A stretch of DNA of 64,000 bases from Scenedesmus sp. PABB004 (GCA_014905635.1 JABVCE010000030.1:124001-188000), one strand, 5' to 3'. Shown: positions 37,717-52,300, numbered from the stretch's first letter. Notes: a model not told the origin generated them from the letters alone. A program made the numbers and translations.

Positions 37717-40700
37717 ATGCAGCAATCCCGGCTCAAGGGCGGGGGGGAGACCATCTCGCGGCTGCTGGAGGAGCTCTGCCGCCCCGGCGCGCTGGAGCGC
37801 GTGCGGGAGGGTGAGCGGCACCTCAAGGAGTACGTGGACGCCGAGGCGCGCGACCTGAGCGCCGAGATGTTCACCAAGCTCATGGCGGACGCGCAGCTGC
37901 GCATACAGTACATGATCAAGAGGTGCGCGAGGCAGCGCCGGCGCCACGGCGCCGCCCGGAGGCGCCGCCGGGGGCGGCGGAACGGACCGGCGGGCGCGGC
38001 GGCAGCGCGGGCGCGGCGGGCGGCGCGCGGCGGGGCGCTGCGCTGCCAGGCAGCGGCCGCCGCTGCCGCTGCTGCTGTAGGGTTGTTCGCGGACGGCCCG
38101 CCGCGCGGCGCGCCGTGCCCGACCCGACCCCGCCGCGCCGTGCTGCGCGCGCCCCGCCGCGCAGCCCCGACCCGAGCAAGCAGCTGGGCGCGGTCCTGGC
38201 GATCGACGAGCTGGTGCTGGTCAAGGTGCGGCGCAGCGGCCCTGCAGCAGCGGCCGGCGGCGGCAGCCAGCGGCGGCAGCAGCGCCCGGCCCACGCTCCC
38301 CCGCCGCGCCGCCGCCGCCGCCGCGCGCAGGCGGTGCAGGACGACGCCGCGCGCACCGCGGGGTTCAGCCTGCTGCTGCGCCGCCTGTTTGAGGAGGCGT
38401 GCGACGTCGGCCTGCTCGAGTGCGCGGCGCAGGCGCTGGGGCACCTCGTGCGGCACAGCGGGCAGAGCATGTCGGACATCGTCGAGCGCCAGGTGGGGGG
38501 ACGGCAGCGGCAGCAGCGGCGGGCGCACCTAGCAGCGCGCAGCGCCGGCGGCGGCGCGGGGGCTGCCCGGCGGCGAGCGAGCGCGCGGCGCCGGCGGCGC
38601 CGCCGCCGCCGCGCCGCAGGTGCGCGAGGCGCTGCCGTGGCTCAACGCGCGGCTGGAGCCGAGCGAGTATCGGCGCTACGCGGGCGTGCTGGTCTGCCGC
38701 GAGCTCGCGGGCGAGGCGCCCGCGGTGTTCAACGTCCACGTCAAGCCCTTCCTCGACGGCATCTGGGGCGGCCTGCGCGACCCCAAGCTCCACGTGCGCG
38801 AGGCCAGCGTGCAGGCGCTCGAGGTGCGGCGGCGCGGCGCGGCCTCAACGCGCGGCGCCGGGCCGCGGGGCGGACCGCGCCCTGACCGCCGCCGGCCGCC
38901 CGGGCACCGCCACCGCCGCCGCCGCTGTGCGCAGCGCGTGCTGGTGCTGGTGGAGAAGCGCGAGACGCGGTACCGCGTGCAGTGGTACTACGGCCTGTTT
39001 GAGGCGACCATGCGCTCGCTCGCGCGCGAGCCGCGCACGGGCGCGCTGCCGAGCGCCGAGTCGATACACGGCGGCCTGCTCGCGCTCGGGGAGCTGCTCG
39101 TGCACACCGGGGAGTTTCTGCTCGCGCGGTGAGGCCGAGGCCGCGGCGCCGCGGCGCGGCGCGGCGCGGCGGGGCTCGGCGCCTCGCCGGCGGGGGGGGG
39201 GGGGGGGGGCGGTGCCGCGCCCCGGGCCCTGCTGGTGAACCCTGGCCGCCCGGGGTTAAACCCTGGCAGGTACCGCGAGGTCGTGGAGACGGTGCTGCGC
39301 TTCAAGGACAGCAAGGAGAAGCTCATCCGCCGGTGAGCGCGCGCGGCCGCCCTGCAGGGCGGCGCGCCGCGAGCCCCCGCCTCGCGCGCGCGGCCGGCGG
39401 CGGGCTGCCGCCGCGGCGCCAGCTCGCCGCGCGCGCGCCGACGGCCCTGACCCGCCGCCGCCGCCGCCGCCGCCGCCCGCCGCCGGTCGCGACCGCTGGC
39501 CGCCGCTGCCGCAGCGCCGTGATCCGGCTGCTGCCGCGCCTCGCCGCGTTTGCGCCGGAGCGCTTTGCGAGCGACTACCTGCAGAAGTGCATCGCGCACC
39601 TCCTCGCGGTGCTCAAGCACAGCGGCGAGCGCGGCAGCGCCTTCTCGGCCCTGGCCGACATGGCGGGCAGCCTCGCGGCGGTCGGCTGCGCTGACGGCTG
39701 CGAGCCCTACCTCCCAGCCATCGCGGCGCAGGTGCGCCGCGGCGGCGCGCGTGTCGGCGCGTGTGTGTGTGTGTGTGTGGGCGCGCGCCACCGGCAGGGG
39801 CTCGCGCCGCGCCGCTGGGGGCCTCGGGGCGCGGGTCTCTCTGCGGGGGCAGCGCGCGCCGCCGCCGCCGAGCACCGCGCGCCGCCGCCGCCGCGCGCGC
39901 CGCAGCTGCGCGAGAGCCTCGCGTCGCGCGGCAAGGGCAAGCCCGGCGCGAGCGTGACGGAGGCGCTGCACTGCGTCGGCGTGCTCGCGGGCGCGCTGCA
40001 CCTGAGCTGGCAGCCCTACGCGCAGCAGCTGCTGGACGTGATGATGCTCACAGGGCCCTCGCAGGCGCGCCGCTGTGCCGCGCGCCGCCGCCGCCGCCCC
40101 GCGCCCCAGCGGCCGCGCCCCAGCCGCGCGCGCGCGCGCGCGCAGCCCTGGGCCCGGCGGCGCCTCCCCCGTCACCCCCGCCGCGCCGCGCCGCGCGCCG
40201 CCGCCGCCGCCGCCGCCGCGTGTGCAGGACCTGGTCGCTGCGCTCGCCGACATCGGCGCGGCGCTGCCGGACCTGCTGGAGGACATGCAGGGCCAGCTGC
40301 TGGACCTGCTCTCGCTCATACTCAGCGGCAAGCCCTTCAGCCCGCTGACCAAGGGCAAGGCGGTGCAGGGCCTGGTGCACAGCCTGAGCATGAGCGAGCT
40401 CTCGGCGCAGCAGCAGACGCAGCTGGCGCTCAACACGGTCGGCACGATGGACTTTGGCCGGGTGCGGCGTGCCGCGCCGCGCGGCGCCCGCAAAACTCGA
40501 AAGCGTGACGTAACGCATGGTGGTATGACAGGTGTGTCACCAACACAACGCCCCCCCCCCCCCGCCCCCCCCCCCCCCCCACACCCCGCAGGTGTCGCTG
40601 CTGGAGTTCATGCGCGACCACATCCTGCCGTACATCGACGACGGCGACAAGGAGGTCCGCCAGGCCGCCGCGCTCGCGTGCTGCCGCGTGCTCGAGCGCC

Positions 40701-43700
40701 ACGCGGCCGCGGCCGCGGCGGCGGCCGGCGGCGGCGCCGGCGGCGGCGCGGGCGGCTCGGGCAGGCGCCCGGCCACGTCGCGCTGCTCGCGGCGGCGGCG
40801 GCGGCGCGCCGCCCGTCGCGCCGCCGGGCGGGCTGGGCCTGGGGCTGCGGCAGACGCGCGTGGTGGAGGTCGTCGTCGGCAAGCTGCTCATGGCGGCGGT
40901 GGCCGACACGAGCGAGCGCGTGCGGCGCACGGTGCTCGAGGTGCGGCGTGCGCGCGTGGGGCGCGGGGCGCGCGTGGGGCGCCCGACACCGCGCGGCCGC
41001 GCCCGCGGCGGCCGATTGGCCGCCGCTCACGCACGCTGCGCCCCGTCCCGCCTCCTCCCCCCTCCCCCCCCCCCCCCCCCCCCTTCAGGCGCTGACGTCG
41101 TCGCCGGCGCTTGACGAGTACCTCGCCCAGGCCGACTGCCTGCGCCCGCTGTTCGTCGCGCTCAACGACGGCTCCAAGGACGTCCGCGCGACCGCGCTCT
41201 ACCTCGTCGGCCGCCTCTCGCGCTGGAACCCCGCCTATGTGGCGCCCGCGCTGCGCCGGCACCTGCTGCAGCTGCTCACCGACATGAGCCACTCGCCGGA
41301 CAGCAAGGCGCGCGACGACAGTGCCTACCTCATACACCGCCTCATCAACGCGGCGCCGCAGCTCATCATGCCGTACGTCTCGCCCATCCAAAAGGCACGC
41401 GGCGCGCGCGGAGCTATCGAAGGGCCCGCCGCGGCCGCGCGGGGTCGTCGGGGCCGCGGCGGCGGAGCGGGCGCGCGGCGCGGAGAGGGGGCGCGGCGAG
41501 CCGGGGGCGGCGCGGCGCCGCGGCCGCGCGCCCGACCTGACGCCGCCCGCGGCCGCGCGCCCGGCCGGCCGCAGGCGCTCGTCGCCAAGCTGAAGGGCAG
41601 CTCGCCCGGCACGGGCGGCGCGGCCGTCGGCGGCGCCGCGGCCGGCGCCGGCGCGGCGCCCGGCGCGCCCGGCCTCGGCGGCGCCGGCGGGCCGCCCGGC
41701 GGCGCCGGTGGGCCGGGCGCCAAGGACGCCAAGGGCGCGGCGAGCGCCGAGGCGGGCGTCATCAAGAGCGTGCTGGCCACGCTCGGCGCGCTCGCGCAGC
41801 AGGCGGGCACGGGGTTCAAGCCCTATGTGGGTGAGGTCATGCCGCTCGTCATCGACGCCATCCAGGTGCGGGCTCGCCACGGCGCGCTGCCCGCGGCGCG
41901 GCGCGGCGCGGTTGTGCGGCTCGCCGCGCGGCGCGCGGGGCGGCTCCAGCGCGCCGCGACGCGCAGCCGACGCGCGGCGCGCGGCCGCCGCCTTGCGCGC
42001 ACGCGCAGGACGTGGGCGCGCCGAGCAAGCGCCGCGCGGCGGTGATCACGCTGGGCGCCATCTGCCAGAGCGCGGGGTGCGTGATGAGCCCATACTGGGA
42101 CTACCCCCAGCTGCTCGCGCTGCTGCTGCGCCTGCTGCACGAGGGCGCGCCGCAGAAGGGGCGCTGCGAGGTCATGCGTGTGCTCGGTGGGTGGCGGCGG
42201 CGGCGCTGCGGCGGCGGCGGCATGGCGGCGGCCGCGCTGCGTCGGCGCTGCGGCGGCGCTGCGCGGCGCGCGCGGCGGCTGTGCTGCCGTGCTCCCCACG
42301 CCACCACAGCACACCTCGCAACGCACGCACGCACGCCGCCCCGGGTTCACACTCCCCATCCCCCGCCCCGCGCCGGCCCCCCAGGCATCATCGGCGCGCT
42401 GGACCCGTACACGCACAAGGTCAACACCGCGAGCCTCAGCGGCGAGGGCAAGCTCGAGCTCGAGGGCGTGCGCCCGCTGCGCACCAACGCGGGCGCGCCC
42501 GCCAACATCGCGGCGTCGATCATGGCCGGTGAGAGGGGGGGGGGGGGGGGTGAGGCGATGGAGCCCGCCGCGGCGCCCCCGGGCCGCCGCCGCGCGCGCT
42601 GAGCCGCCGCCGCGCGCCGCGCGCCGCGCCGCCGCAGGCACGCCGATGGGCGCGCTGCAGGGCGCGGGCGGGCCGGGCGGCCCCGGCGGCGACGACTTTG
42701 GCGCCGACCTGCTGCCCGCGGCGGGGCTGGTCACGAGCAGCGAGGACTACTACCCCACGGTGTGTGTGCGTGTGTGTGTGTGTGCGTGTGTGGATGCCCC
42801 CAAGGGGGGCGTTGCGCGCGGCACACAGCCCCCCGCGCGCGTCGGCTGCGTTTTGAGCCCCCCTCGCAAGGCCGGCAGAGCGCGGCGCGGCGCGCGCCGG
42901 CCCTCCCGCCCTGACGCCGCCGCCGCGCCGCGCCGCCGCCGCGCCGCGGCGGCGCCCTTGCCCGGGCAGGTCGCGATCAACGCGCTGATGCGCGTGCTGC
43001 GCGACAGCGGGCTCGCGAGCCAGCACGCCGCGGTCATCAGCGCGCTCATGGCCATTTTCAGGGCCCTCGGGACGGGCTCCGTGCCCTACCTGCCCAAGGC
43101 GCGGCGGCGCGGCAGGGAGCCGGGCGGCGCGCAGCAGGGGCAGGGGCAGCAGGGGGAGGGTCCTGGTGCAGTCTGGACCGCGGGCGGGCGGGCCGCGCCG
43201 GCGGCCGGCCCGCAGCGCGCACCGCGCGCGGGCTGACGCCGGCGCCGGCGCCGACGCGCAGGTGCTGCCGGTGCTGTTTGCGGTGCTGCGCGTGTGCGAC
43301 GAGCCGCTGCGGGAGCTGCTGCTGGAGCAGCTGGTGTGGCGCCGCGCGCCGCCTGCTGCATCTCCGCCGCCGCGCCGGCGGCGGCGCGTGCCCGCTTGCC
43401 CTCGGGCGCGGCGGCGTGCCTCGCCCGCCCGCCATCCGGCTGTGCTCATGCCCCCGCCCCCCTCTCTTGCTCCGCCTCCTCCTCCCGCTCTGCAGGTCGT
43501 GCTGGTCGTGGTCGTGCGGCAGCACATCCGCCGCTTCCTGCCCGACCTGCTGGCCATACTGGCAGAGTTCTGGGGGCGCAGCCCAAAGATACAAAACATC
43601 TGCCTCCAGGCGCGCGCGACACGCGCGGGCGGGCGGCGTCACAGCGCGCGCCGCGCCGCCGCCGCGCGCGTGCGGGTGCCGGCGGGTGCCGGCGGGGGCT

Positions 43701-43907
43701 GCGGCGGCGCGGCGCGGCGCCCGAGACCCCGCGCCGCCGCGCCGCGCCGCCGCAGATGCTGGCCGAGCTCGCGATCAGCCTGCGCGACGACCTGCGCCCG
43801 CACGTACCGGAGCTGCTGCCGCGCCTCGTCGCGCTGTTTGTCGAGGCGGAGCGGAACTGCAGCTACGACATGGTCAAGCCCAGCCTGCTCGCGCTCGAGG
43901 TCTGTGT

Positions 43908-43938
<31 letters not shown>

Positions 43939-46347
43939 GGTCACTGCCACCACGCACGCGCGCCGCGCCGCGCCGCGCCGCGCGGGGCCCTCGTGCGGCA
44001 GGGGAGGGCGCCGTGCAGGCCGCGCGCCGCCCGCGGGCGGCGGCGCAGTGCCGCCGACCCTCCGCGCCGCGCCGGCGCCCGCTCGCTGATGCTCCCCGGG
44101 CCCACCGCCGCCCGCTCGCCCGCGCGCGCGCGCAGGCGCTGGGCGTGGCGCTGGAGGAGGCGCTGCACCTGCTGCTGCCGGCGCTGATGCGCATCGTCGC
44201 CGCGCCGGGCGCGGCCACGCCGCTCGAGGTCAAGCGCAGCGTGCTGCGCAGCATGCGCCGCCTGCTGCCGCGCATGCACCTCGCCGGCTTCAGCAGCGCG
44301 GTGCTGCAGCCGCTCATGCGGGTGCGGACGCGCCTGGCGCGCGCGCGCGCGCGCGCGCCGGGAGCGCCGCGCCGCGCTGCGCGCGCCGCGCCCCCCGGTC
44401 GCGGCGCCCGCGGGCCCTCACGCGGCAGCCCTCCCCTCCCCCTCGCCGCCCTGCCCCGCCCCGCCCCAGGTGCTGGACGGCCCGAGCGACGAGCTGCGCC
44501 GCGACGCGCTGGACACCATCTGCGCGCTCGCCGTCGCGCTGGGGCAGGACTTCAGCATCTTTGTGCCCACCATCTGCAAGGCGCGGCGCTGCTGGGGCCG
44601 CAGCGCCCGCCCTGTTGTGTGTGCCGGTGCCTGTTCCGCGCGTCCGCGCTGCCGCCCGCCGCCTGACATGCGCCGCGCCGCGCCGCGCCGCGCCGCGCAG
44701 ATCGTCGTGCGGCACCGGCTGCACCACGCGTGGTTTGAGCGCCTCGCGAGCAAGCTGCTCGCCGCGGAGCCGCCGTGCTGCAGCGACGCGGAGGACTGGG
44801 AGGACGCCGGCGGTTGGGCGGCCGAGCTCGACGCGCTCGCCGACGCGGCGGCGCTGCAGCCGCCGGCGATGCCGCTCGACCCGGGTGAGAGGCCACGCGC
44901 GCCTGCGTGTGGGCGTGTGTGTGTGTGTGTGGGCAAGGAACACGGGCGCTTGCGCGGCAGACTGCCTGACCCCGGCGGCGAGGCCGCGGCGGGAGCCGCG
45001 CCAGGCGCTCACGCGCGCGCGCGCGCGCGCCCGCCCGCCCCGGTGCCGCCCGGTGCAGGCGCGGCGGCGCCGGTGAAGCTGGCGGGGCAGATCAGCATGC
45101 TGCGCAAGGCCTGGGAGAGCAGCGCGCGCGTGACCAAGGACGACTGGGCCGAGTGAATGCGGCACTTCAGCGTGGAGCTGCTCGCGCAGAGCCCCAGCCC
45201 CGCGCTGCGCGCGTGCCACAGCCTCGCGCAGGTGCGCCGCGCGCGCGCGCGTGGCCGCGCGCGCCGGCCCGCCCGCGTCGGCCGCACGGCGGTGGCCCCC
45301 GCGCGCGCCCGCCACTCACCAGCACTGCGCGGCGCCGCGCCCCGCCGCCGCGGCGGTCAGGTGCACCCGCTGATGGCGCGCGAGCTCTTTGCCGCCGGCT
45401 TTGTGTCGTGCTGGGCGGAGCTCGACCCGCCAGCCAGGAGCAGCTCGTGCGGAGCCTCGAGGCGGCGCTCGCGAGCCCGACCATCCCGCCAGGTGCGGCC
45501 CCGCACCACCCGCGCGCCGCGCGCTGCGCCGCGCACGGCCCCACACTCCCCCTCCCCCGTGCCTCGTGATCACTCGCTCCCTCGCTCCCTCCCCTCCCAC
45601 CGCGCACGCACGTCTCTCGCCCTCCCACTGCGCCCGCCCCGCGCGCTCCCACGCGCGCGCCTGCGCGCCCCGTGCCCGCCGCAGAGATCGTGACGGCGCT
45701 GCTCAACCTGGCTGAGTTTATGGAGCATGACGACAAGCGCCTCCCCCTCGACACGCGCACGCTCGGCGCTCGCGGAGAAGTGCCACGCCTTTGCCAAGGC
45801 AAGCGGCGCGGCGCGGCGCCGCGCCGCGCCGCGATGCAGCCCGCGCGCGCGCTGGCCGCCACGCCGCGCCCACGCTCTCGGTCGCCGCCCGCGCCCGCCC
45901 ACGCCCGCCCGCCAACGCGCCCCTCTGTGCCACCCCTTGCCTCACAACTCACACCCCTCCTCGCCCGCCGCACTCCTCTAAACCCTGCCACGCGCCCCCC
46001 TGTGGCCAGGCGCTGCACTACAAGGAGATGGAGTTTTGCACCAGCCCCCAGACCGCGATCGAGGCGCTGATCCACATCAACAACCAGCTCCGGCAGCCAG
46101 AGGCGGCGGTGCGCGCCCGCGGCGCGCGCGCGCGCGCCCAACGGACGGCAGCACGGGGGCCAGCGCGCTCAGCGCGCGTGTCGGGGGCTGGCGCCATGCG
46201 GCGCGGCGCGGCCGCCGCTGACCGCTGCCTCTGCCCCTGTGTGCCGCCTGCCCCTCTGCCTGCCGTCCAGGTCGGCGTGCTGACGTACGCCCAGAAGCAC
46301 CTGGCGATGGAGCTCAAGGAGAGCTGGTACGAGAAGCTCTGCAGGTG

Positions 46348-46385
<38 letters not shown>

Positions 46386-49300
46386 CCACCCGCGCGGCGC
46401 GGTGCCTTGCAGGCCGGCGCCCGCCGCAGGAGCGCGACGCGCTTGCTTTTGTGTGTGCACGCGCGCGCGCTGCGTCCGCCGCCTGCGGCCGCCCGTCACC
46501 CGCGCGCCTCCTCCCGCCCTGCCGCGCGCGGCGCGCGCCCCGCCCCGCGCCCGCAGGTGGGACGAGGCGCTGTCGGCGTACGAGGGCAAGCTCTGCGCGA
46601 CGCAGCCGAGCAGCCCCGAGTACCTCACCGCGCTGCTCGGCAAGATGCGCTGCCTCGCGAGCCTCGCCGAGTGGGAGAAGCTCTCCAACCTCTGCCGGTG
46701 CGCCGCCGCGCGCCGCGCTCGCCCCGTGCGCCACGCGCCGCCGCGCGCGCCGCGCGCTCCGTGCGCCGCGTCCGCGCTGCCGCCGCTGCGCGCTCCGTGC
46801 GCCGCGTCCGCCGCTGCCGCCGCGCACTGCGTACTCCGCCGGCGCGCCGACGCCCCCCGCCGCGCCGCGCGCGCGCCCCGCGCGCGCGTCCCCGCGCGCG
46901 CCTCCCGCGCCCCGCGCCGCGCAGCGTGGAGTGGCGCAAGAGCGAGCCGCACATGCGCAAGGAGATGTGCCTCATTGCTGCCCACGCGGCGTGGCACATG
47001 GGGCAGTGGGACGAGATGGGCGTCTATGTGGACACCGTGGACGCGGGCCCCGGCGGCAGCAGCGCCGCGCCGAGCGGCATGGCCGCGTCAGCGAGCTTCC
47101 AGGCGCTCTCCGCGCTGCAGGCCGCCGCGGTCGCGTCCGCGGCGGCGCGCGGCAGCGGCGCCGGCGGCGTCGGCAGCGCCGCGGCGGGCGCGATGGCCGC
47201 GGCGCGGCCGCCGCGCGCGGCGGCGCGGGCGCGCGCGGCAGCGCGAGCGGCGGCGGCGGCGGCGGCGTCGCGGGCGGGCCCGCGAGCAGCACGGGCGCCT
47301 TCCTGCGCGCCGTGCTGTGCATCAAGCACGACCAGCACGACCTGGCGCGCCTCAACATCGAGCGCGCGCGCGGTGCGGCGGACGGCGCCGCGGACGCGGC
47401 GCTCTGCGCCTTGTTCATCCCGCGCGCCTCGCCGTCGCCTGCGGCCTCGCCCCGCGCCGGCGCCTCACCCTCGCGCGCCGCCCCCCGCGCGCGGCGCAGA
47501 GCTGATGTCGACCGAGCTGGCGGCGCTCGTGGGCGAGAGCTACGAGCGAGCATACACAGACATGGTGACCGCGCCGCGCCGCACACCCCGCGTGCGGCGC
47601 CGGCCCTGGGCGCGGCGGGGGCTCGCGGCGCCAGCTGCGCCGCCCCCGCCGGCGGCCGCGCTGACCCGCCCCCGCGCCCTCCGCCCCGCGCCGCGCCGCG
47701 CCGCGCCGCGCCAGGTGCGCGTGCAGCAGCTGACGGAGCTGGAGGAGGTGATCGCGTACAAAGATGCCCTCGCGCGGTGAGAGGGCAGGGGAGCCAGGGT
47801 TTAGGGCCCTGGTCCCTAGGGGCCAGGGTTTTAGGGTTGAGTGCTCGACCCCGCCAACGGCGCGGCCTGAACCCTCACGCGCACGGCCCGCGCCGCGCCG
47901 CACGCGCGCGCCCGCCCCCGCCGCGCAGCGCTCCGTCCGACCCCGCGGGGAGCGCCGAGAAGGTGGCGTTTGTGCGTGAGCTCTGGCGGCGCCGCCTCAG
48001 CGGCGTGCAGCGCAACGTCGAGGTGCGCGCGCGCGGCGGCCGTGCGCGCGGCGCCGCCGCCGGCGCGCCCCGCGGCTGGCCCTCCCAGCACAGCGCGCGA
48101 CCGGCGCCGCCCCGCCGCCCGCCCCGCCCCCCGCCCCGCGCGCTGCGCCCCGCCCGCGCCCGCAGGTGTGGCAGAGCCTGTTCAGCGTGCGCGGGCTGGT
48201 GGTGCCGATGCACGACGACGTGGAGGGCTGGATCAAGTTCGCCTCCCTCTGCCGCAAGAGCGGCCGCCCGCGCCAGGCACGACCGCGCCCCCGCGCGCCG
48301 GCGCCGCGCCGCGCCGCGCCGCCGCCCGCCGGCGTCGGCGCCGGCGCCCACGCCCCGCCCGCGCCCCCTTCCCGCCGCCCCCGCACGCCCCCGCAGGCCG
48401 CGCGCATGCTGGTCGCGCTGCTGCGCTACGACCCGCAGTCGCTCGCCCCGGGCAGCCCGGCTACGGCGCCGGCAGCCGCGCGCCGGGCGTGATGCTGGCT
48501 TACACCAAGCACCTCTGGGCCACGGGGCAGCGCGGCGAGGCGCTCGCGCGGTGCGGACGCGCGGCGGCGCGGCGGCGCTGCGCGCGGCGCGGCGGCGCGG
48601 CGCGGCGCGCGCGAGTGGCGCTGGCACCGAGCGCCGCCTGCCCCGCCCCGCGCCGCCCTGCCCCCCCCCCCACCCCTCCAAGGCTGCGCGAGCTGGTGGA
48701 CGAGGTGCGCGCGCTGCCGGCTGACCCGCCGTCGCCGTTTGTCAAGCCCGACCTCTCCAGCCTGCCCGCGCCCGAGCCGGCGGGCAGCCTCAGCCAGCTC
48801 GCGGCCAAGCGTTTCAGGGTGCGCACCCCCACCCGCACCCGCCGCAGCCGCCGGGCGCCGCCGCCGCGGGCGCCGCCGCCGCTGGGCGCAGCCGCGCGCG
48901 CCGCGCCGCCGCTGCCGTGCCGACGCGGCGCCCGCGCCCGCGCCCGCGCGTCCGCGTCCGCGTCCGGTCAGGAGCGGCCGCGGCCGTCGCTGCACGCGCG
49001 GTGCTACCTGCGGCTGGGGCTGATGCAGTGGCACCACCAGGAGAGCGGCAGCCTCGCGGGCGAGGCGCACCTGGCGAGCTGCATGGCGCTCATGCAGGTG
49101 GGCGGGGCAGCGCTGGGTTTAAGGGTTTAGGGTTTACGGTTTTAGGGGTTGAAGGTTGCTAGCAGGGGCGCGCAGGCCGCGGGGGCTCGGCGCGCGGAGC
49201 GGGCCGCGCCGCGCTCGCGCCCGCGCGCCCCGCGCTCCCTCCCTCCCGCGCCCGCGCGCGCCCGCCGCCGAGCGTCCCGCCGCCGCCGCCGCGGCCGCCG

Positions 49301-52300
49301 CGGCCGCGCGCGCCAGGCTGCGACCGAGTACGGGGCGTCGTGGCCCAAGGCGTGGCACCACTGGGCGCTGTTCAACTGCGGCGTGCTTGAGGCGCTGCAC
49401 AAGCGCGGCGACGCAGGCGGCGCGGGCGGCTACGTCGCGCCCGCGGTCACCGGCTTCTTCAGGAGGTGCGGCGGCGGCACAGGCTGCAGCGGCGGCTTGA
49501 GCAGCGGCGGCGGCGGCGGGGCGGCCGGCCCAGGCGTGGGTGCCGGGGCGCAGCCGCCGCGGCGCGCGCGCGCGCGCGCCGAGCGCCGCGCCCGCCGCGC
49601 CCGCGCCCCCGCCGCGCCGCGCCCCGCAGCGTCGCGCTGGGCCAGGCGGCGGGCGACCGCACGGGCAACCTGCAGGACATCCTGCGCCTGCTCACGCTCT
49701 GGTTCACCTGGGGCAGCGCGCCCGACGTCGAGGCGGCGCTGCAGGAGGGCTTTGGCCTGGTGAGCATCGACACCTGGCTGGTCGTCATCCCCCAAATCAT
49801 CGCACGCATCCACACCAACAACCCGCAGGCGCGCGCGGGGCCCGTGGCGGTGGTGGTGGGGTGTTAGGGTTGAGGGGTGCAGGGTTCAGGGGTCAAGGTG
49901 CAGGCGCAGGCGTGCCGGGCCGGGGGGGGGGGTGGGCGGCGGCGGCGCCTTTCCCGGCGGCGGAGCCCGGCCGGCGGCGCGCGCGCCGTCTGTGAGCGCG
50001 CGAGCGAGCGAGCTCCCTGCCTCACCTCGCCGCCGCCGCTGCGCCGCCGCCGCCGCCGCCGCCGCCGCGCCCCCGTCGGTCATCCCCCCCCCCCCACACA
50101 CACCTTAGGTGCGCGGCCTCATCCACAGCCTGCTCGTGCGCATCGGGCGGCACCACCCCCAGGCGCTGATGTACCCGCTGCTGGTCGCGGCCAAGTCCCA
50201 GAGCCCCAGCCGGCGCCAGGCGGCGTACGCGGTGCTCGACGTCCTGCGCACGCACAGCGCGACGCTCGTGGAGCAGGCGCAGGTGGGCGGGCTGCTAGGT
50301 CGCGCGCGCGGGGGAGAAGGGCGGCGAGGCGGGCGGGGAGGGGGCTCGCGCGTGCCACCACAGGCCCTGAACCACCCCCTGATGAGCGCCCCCTAAACCC
50401 TCCCGCGATCCCTCCCCTCCTAAACCCCTAAACCCCTGAACCCTCCCAGCTGGTGAGCCAGGAGCTCATCCGCATCGCCATCCTGTGGCACGAGATGTGG
50501 CACGAGGCGCTGGAGGAGGCGAGCCGGCTCTACTTTGGTGAGGGCGCGCGCAGCAGGGCTCCAAGGGGGTCGATGGGGCTTTAGGGCTTAGGGTTTAGGG
50601 GGCATGAGGCCTGGGACGAACGAGGCGCCGTCTTCGCCCTTGCGCCCCCCCCCCCACCCTCACACACACCCACCCACCCACCCACACCCACACCCACACG
50701 CACCCCCCCCCCCCCGTCCCAGGCGAGAGCAACGTCGAGGCGATGCTGGGCGTGCTGCTGCCGCTGCACGAGCTCATGGAGAAGACGGGGCCGAGCACGC
50801 TCAAGGAGATTGCCTTTGTGCAGGTGACGCGGGGGGCTGGGGCGGCGTGTGTGTGCACTTGTGTGGGTGTGTCTTTGGAGGGAGGGAGAGGGGTGGTGGC
50901 GGTGCGGTGTGGCCGCGCGCAGCCGCCGCCGCGCCGCGCTCCCCGGGCCCGCCCACACGCACCCACCCACCCACCCACCCACCCACCCACGCCCGCCCGC
51001 CCGCCCGCGTCAGGCGTACGGGCGGGAGCTGAGCGAGGCGTACGAGTGGCTGTCCAAGTACCGCCTCAGCCGCAAGGAGGCAGAGCTCCACCAGGCGCGT
51101 GCACGCGCCGCCGCGCACCGCCGCGCACGCCCCCGCCGCGCGCCCGCCACGCCCGTCCCTCCCCGCCCTGCTGCTGCCCGGCCCTGCTCGTCGCCGTCCC
51201 TCAACTGCCCTCCACCCCCTCAACCACCTAAACCCTCCACCTAAACCCCTGCCTCCCCCCCCCCCCCAAACCCCTAAACCCTCACCCACCCGCCCCCAAA
51301 ACCCTGCCCCCCCCCACCCCCAGGCGTGGGACCTGTACTACCACGTCTTCAAGCGCATCAACAAGCAGCTCCACTCGCTCACCACGCTCGAGCTGCAGTA
51401 CGTCGCGCCAGCGCTGGTGAGGCGCCCCCGACCGCCCCAGGGCCTGCTGCTGCGCGGCGGCTCGCTGGGCGCCCGGCCGCCCACCCGCGCGCGCGCGCGG
51501 GTGCTGTGGTGGAGCAGCGAGGCGGGCGCGGCGGGGGGAGGAGGGCAGCTCTGTGAGCGCGGCGAGCGCAAGGAAAAGCGTGCTGCCGCTGCGCCGACGC
51601 CTCGCACCGCGCCCGCGCGCCGCCGCCCGGCTGGCGCTGTGCGCGCAGGTGCGCGCGCAGGGCATGGAGCTGGCGGTGCCTGGGACGTACATCGCGGGCG
51701 AGCCGCTCGTGACCATCGCGGCGTTCGCGCCGACGCTGCAGGCGCGGCGGGGGCCGGGGGCGCGCGCGGCAGGGGAGTGTGCGGGGCGCGGCGGCGGGGC
51801 GTTGCCTCCTAATCCACCCACCCGCACCCACCCACTCGCACCCACCCATCCACCCACCCACACCCGCACCCACCCACCCGCACCCACACACACCCACCCA
51901 CCCACGCGGCCGCACCCACCCACCCGCCCGCAGGTCATCTCGAGCAAGCAGCGCCCCCGCAAGCTCACCATCCACGGCGGCGACGGCGCGGAGTATATGT
52001 TCCTGCTCAAGGGCCACGAGGTGCGGGGCGGGGGGGGGGGGGGTTGGGGTTCAAGGGTTTTTTGTTGGGGGGGCTGCGCGGTGTGGCTGCACTGGTGTGG
52101 CCGCGCTGGCCTGACCGGCCGGGTGGCTGTGCTGGCTCGCGATGGCCTTGTTGAGCAGCGCAGGCCATCGCAAGCCACCACAGCCACCCAGCCGGCGTTG
52201 GCTTGTCGGCGTGTGCTGGCTTCTTGCGGAGCTTGTTGCGCGCGTTTGACCGCTTGGGTGGTTGTGGTGGCCTGTGATGGCTCGGCTGGTGGTTGTAGCA

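Noticed and set aside
45154..45156. Genome-wide UGA=Trp or selenocysteine recoding
   Set aside because: TGA terminates many genes here (TOR, glucokinase, TSPO), other Trp codons are TGG, and the position is a conserved Trp rather than Cys.
50450..50537. Rapamycin-resistant TOR variant
   Set aside because: The FRB segment [12 protein letters not shown] retains the Ser required for FKBP12-rapamycin binding.
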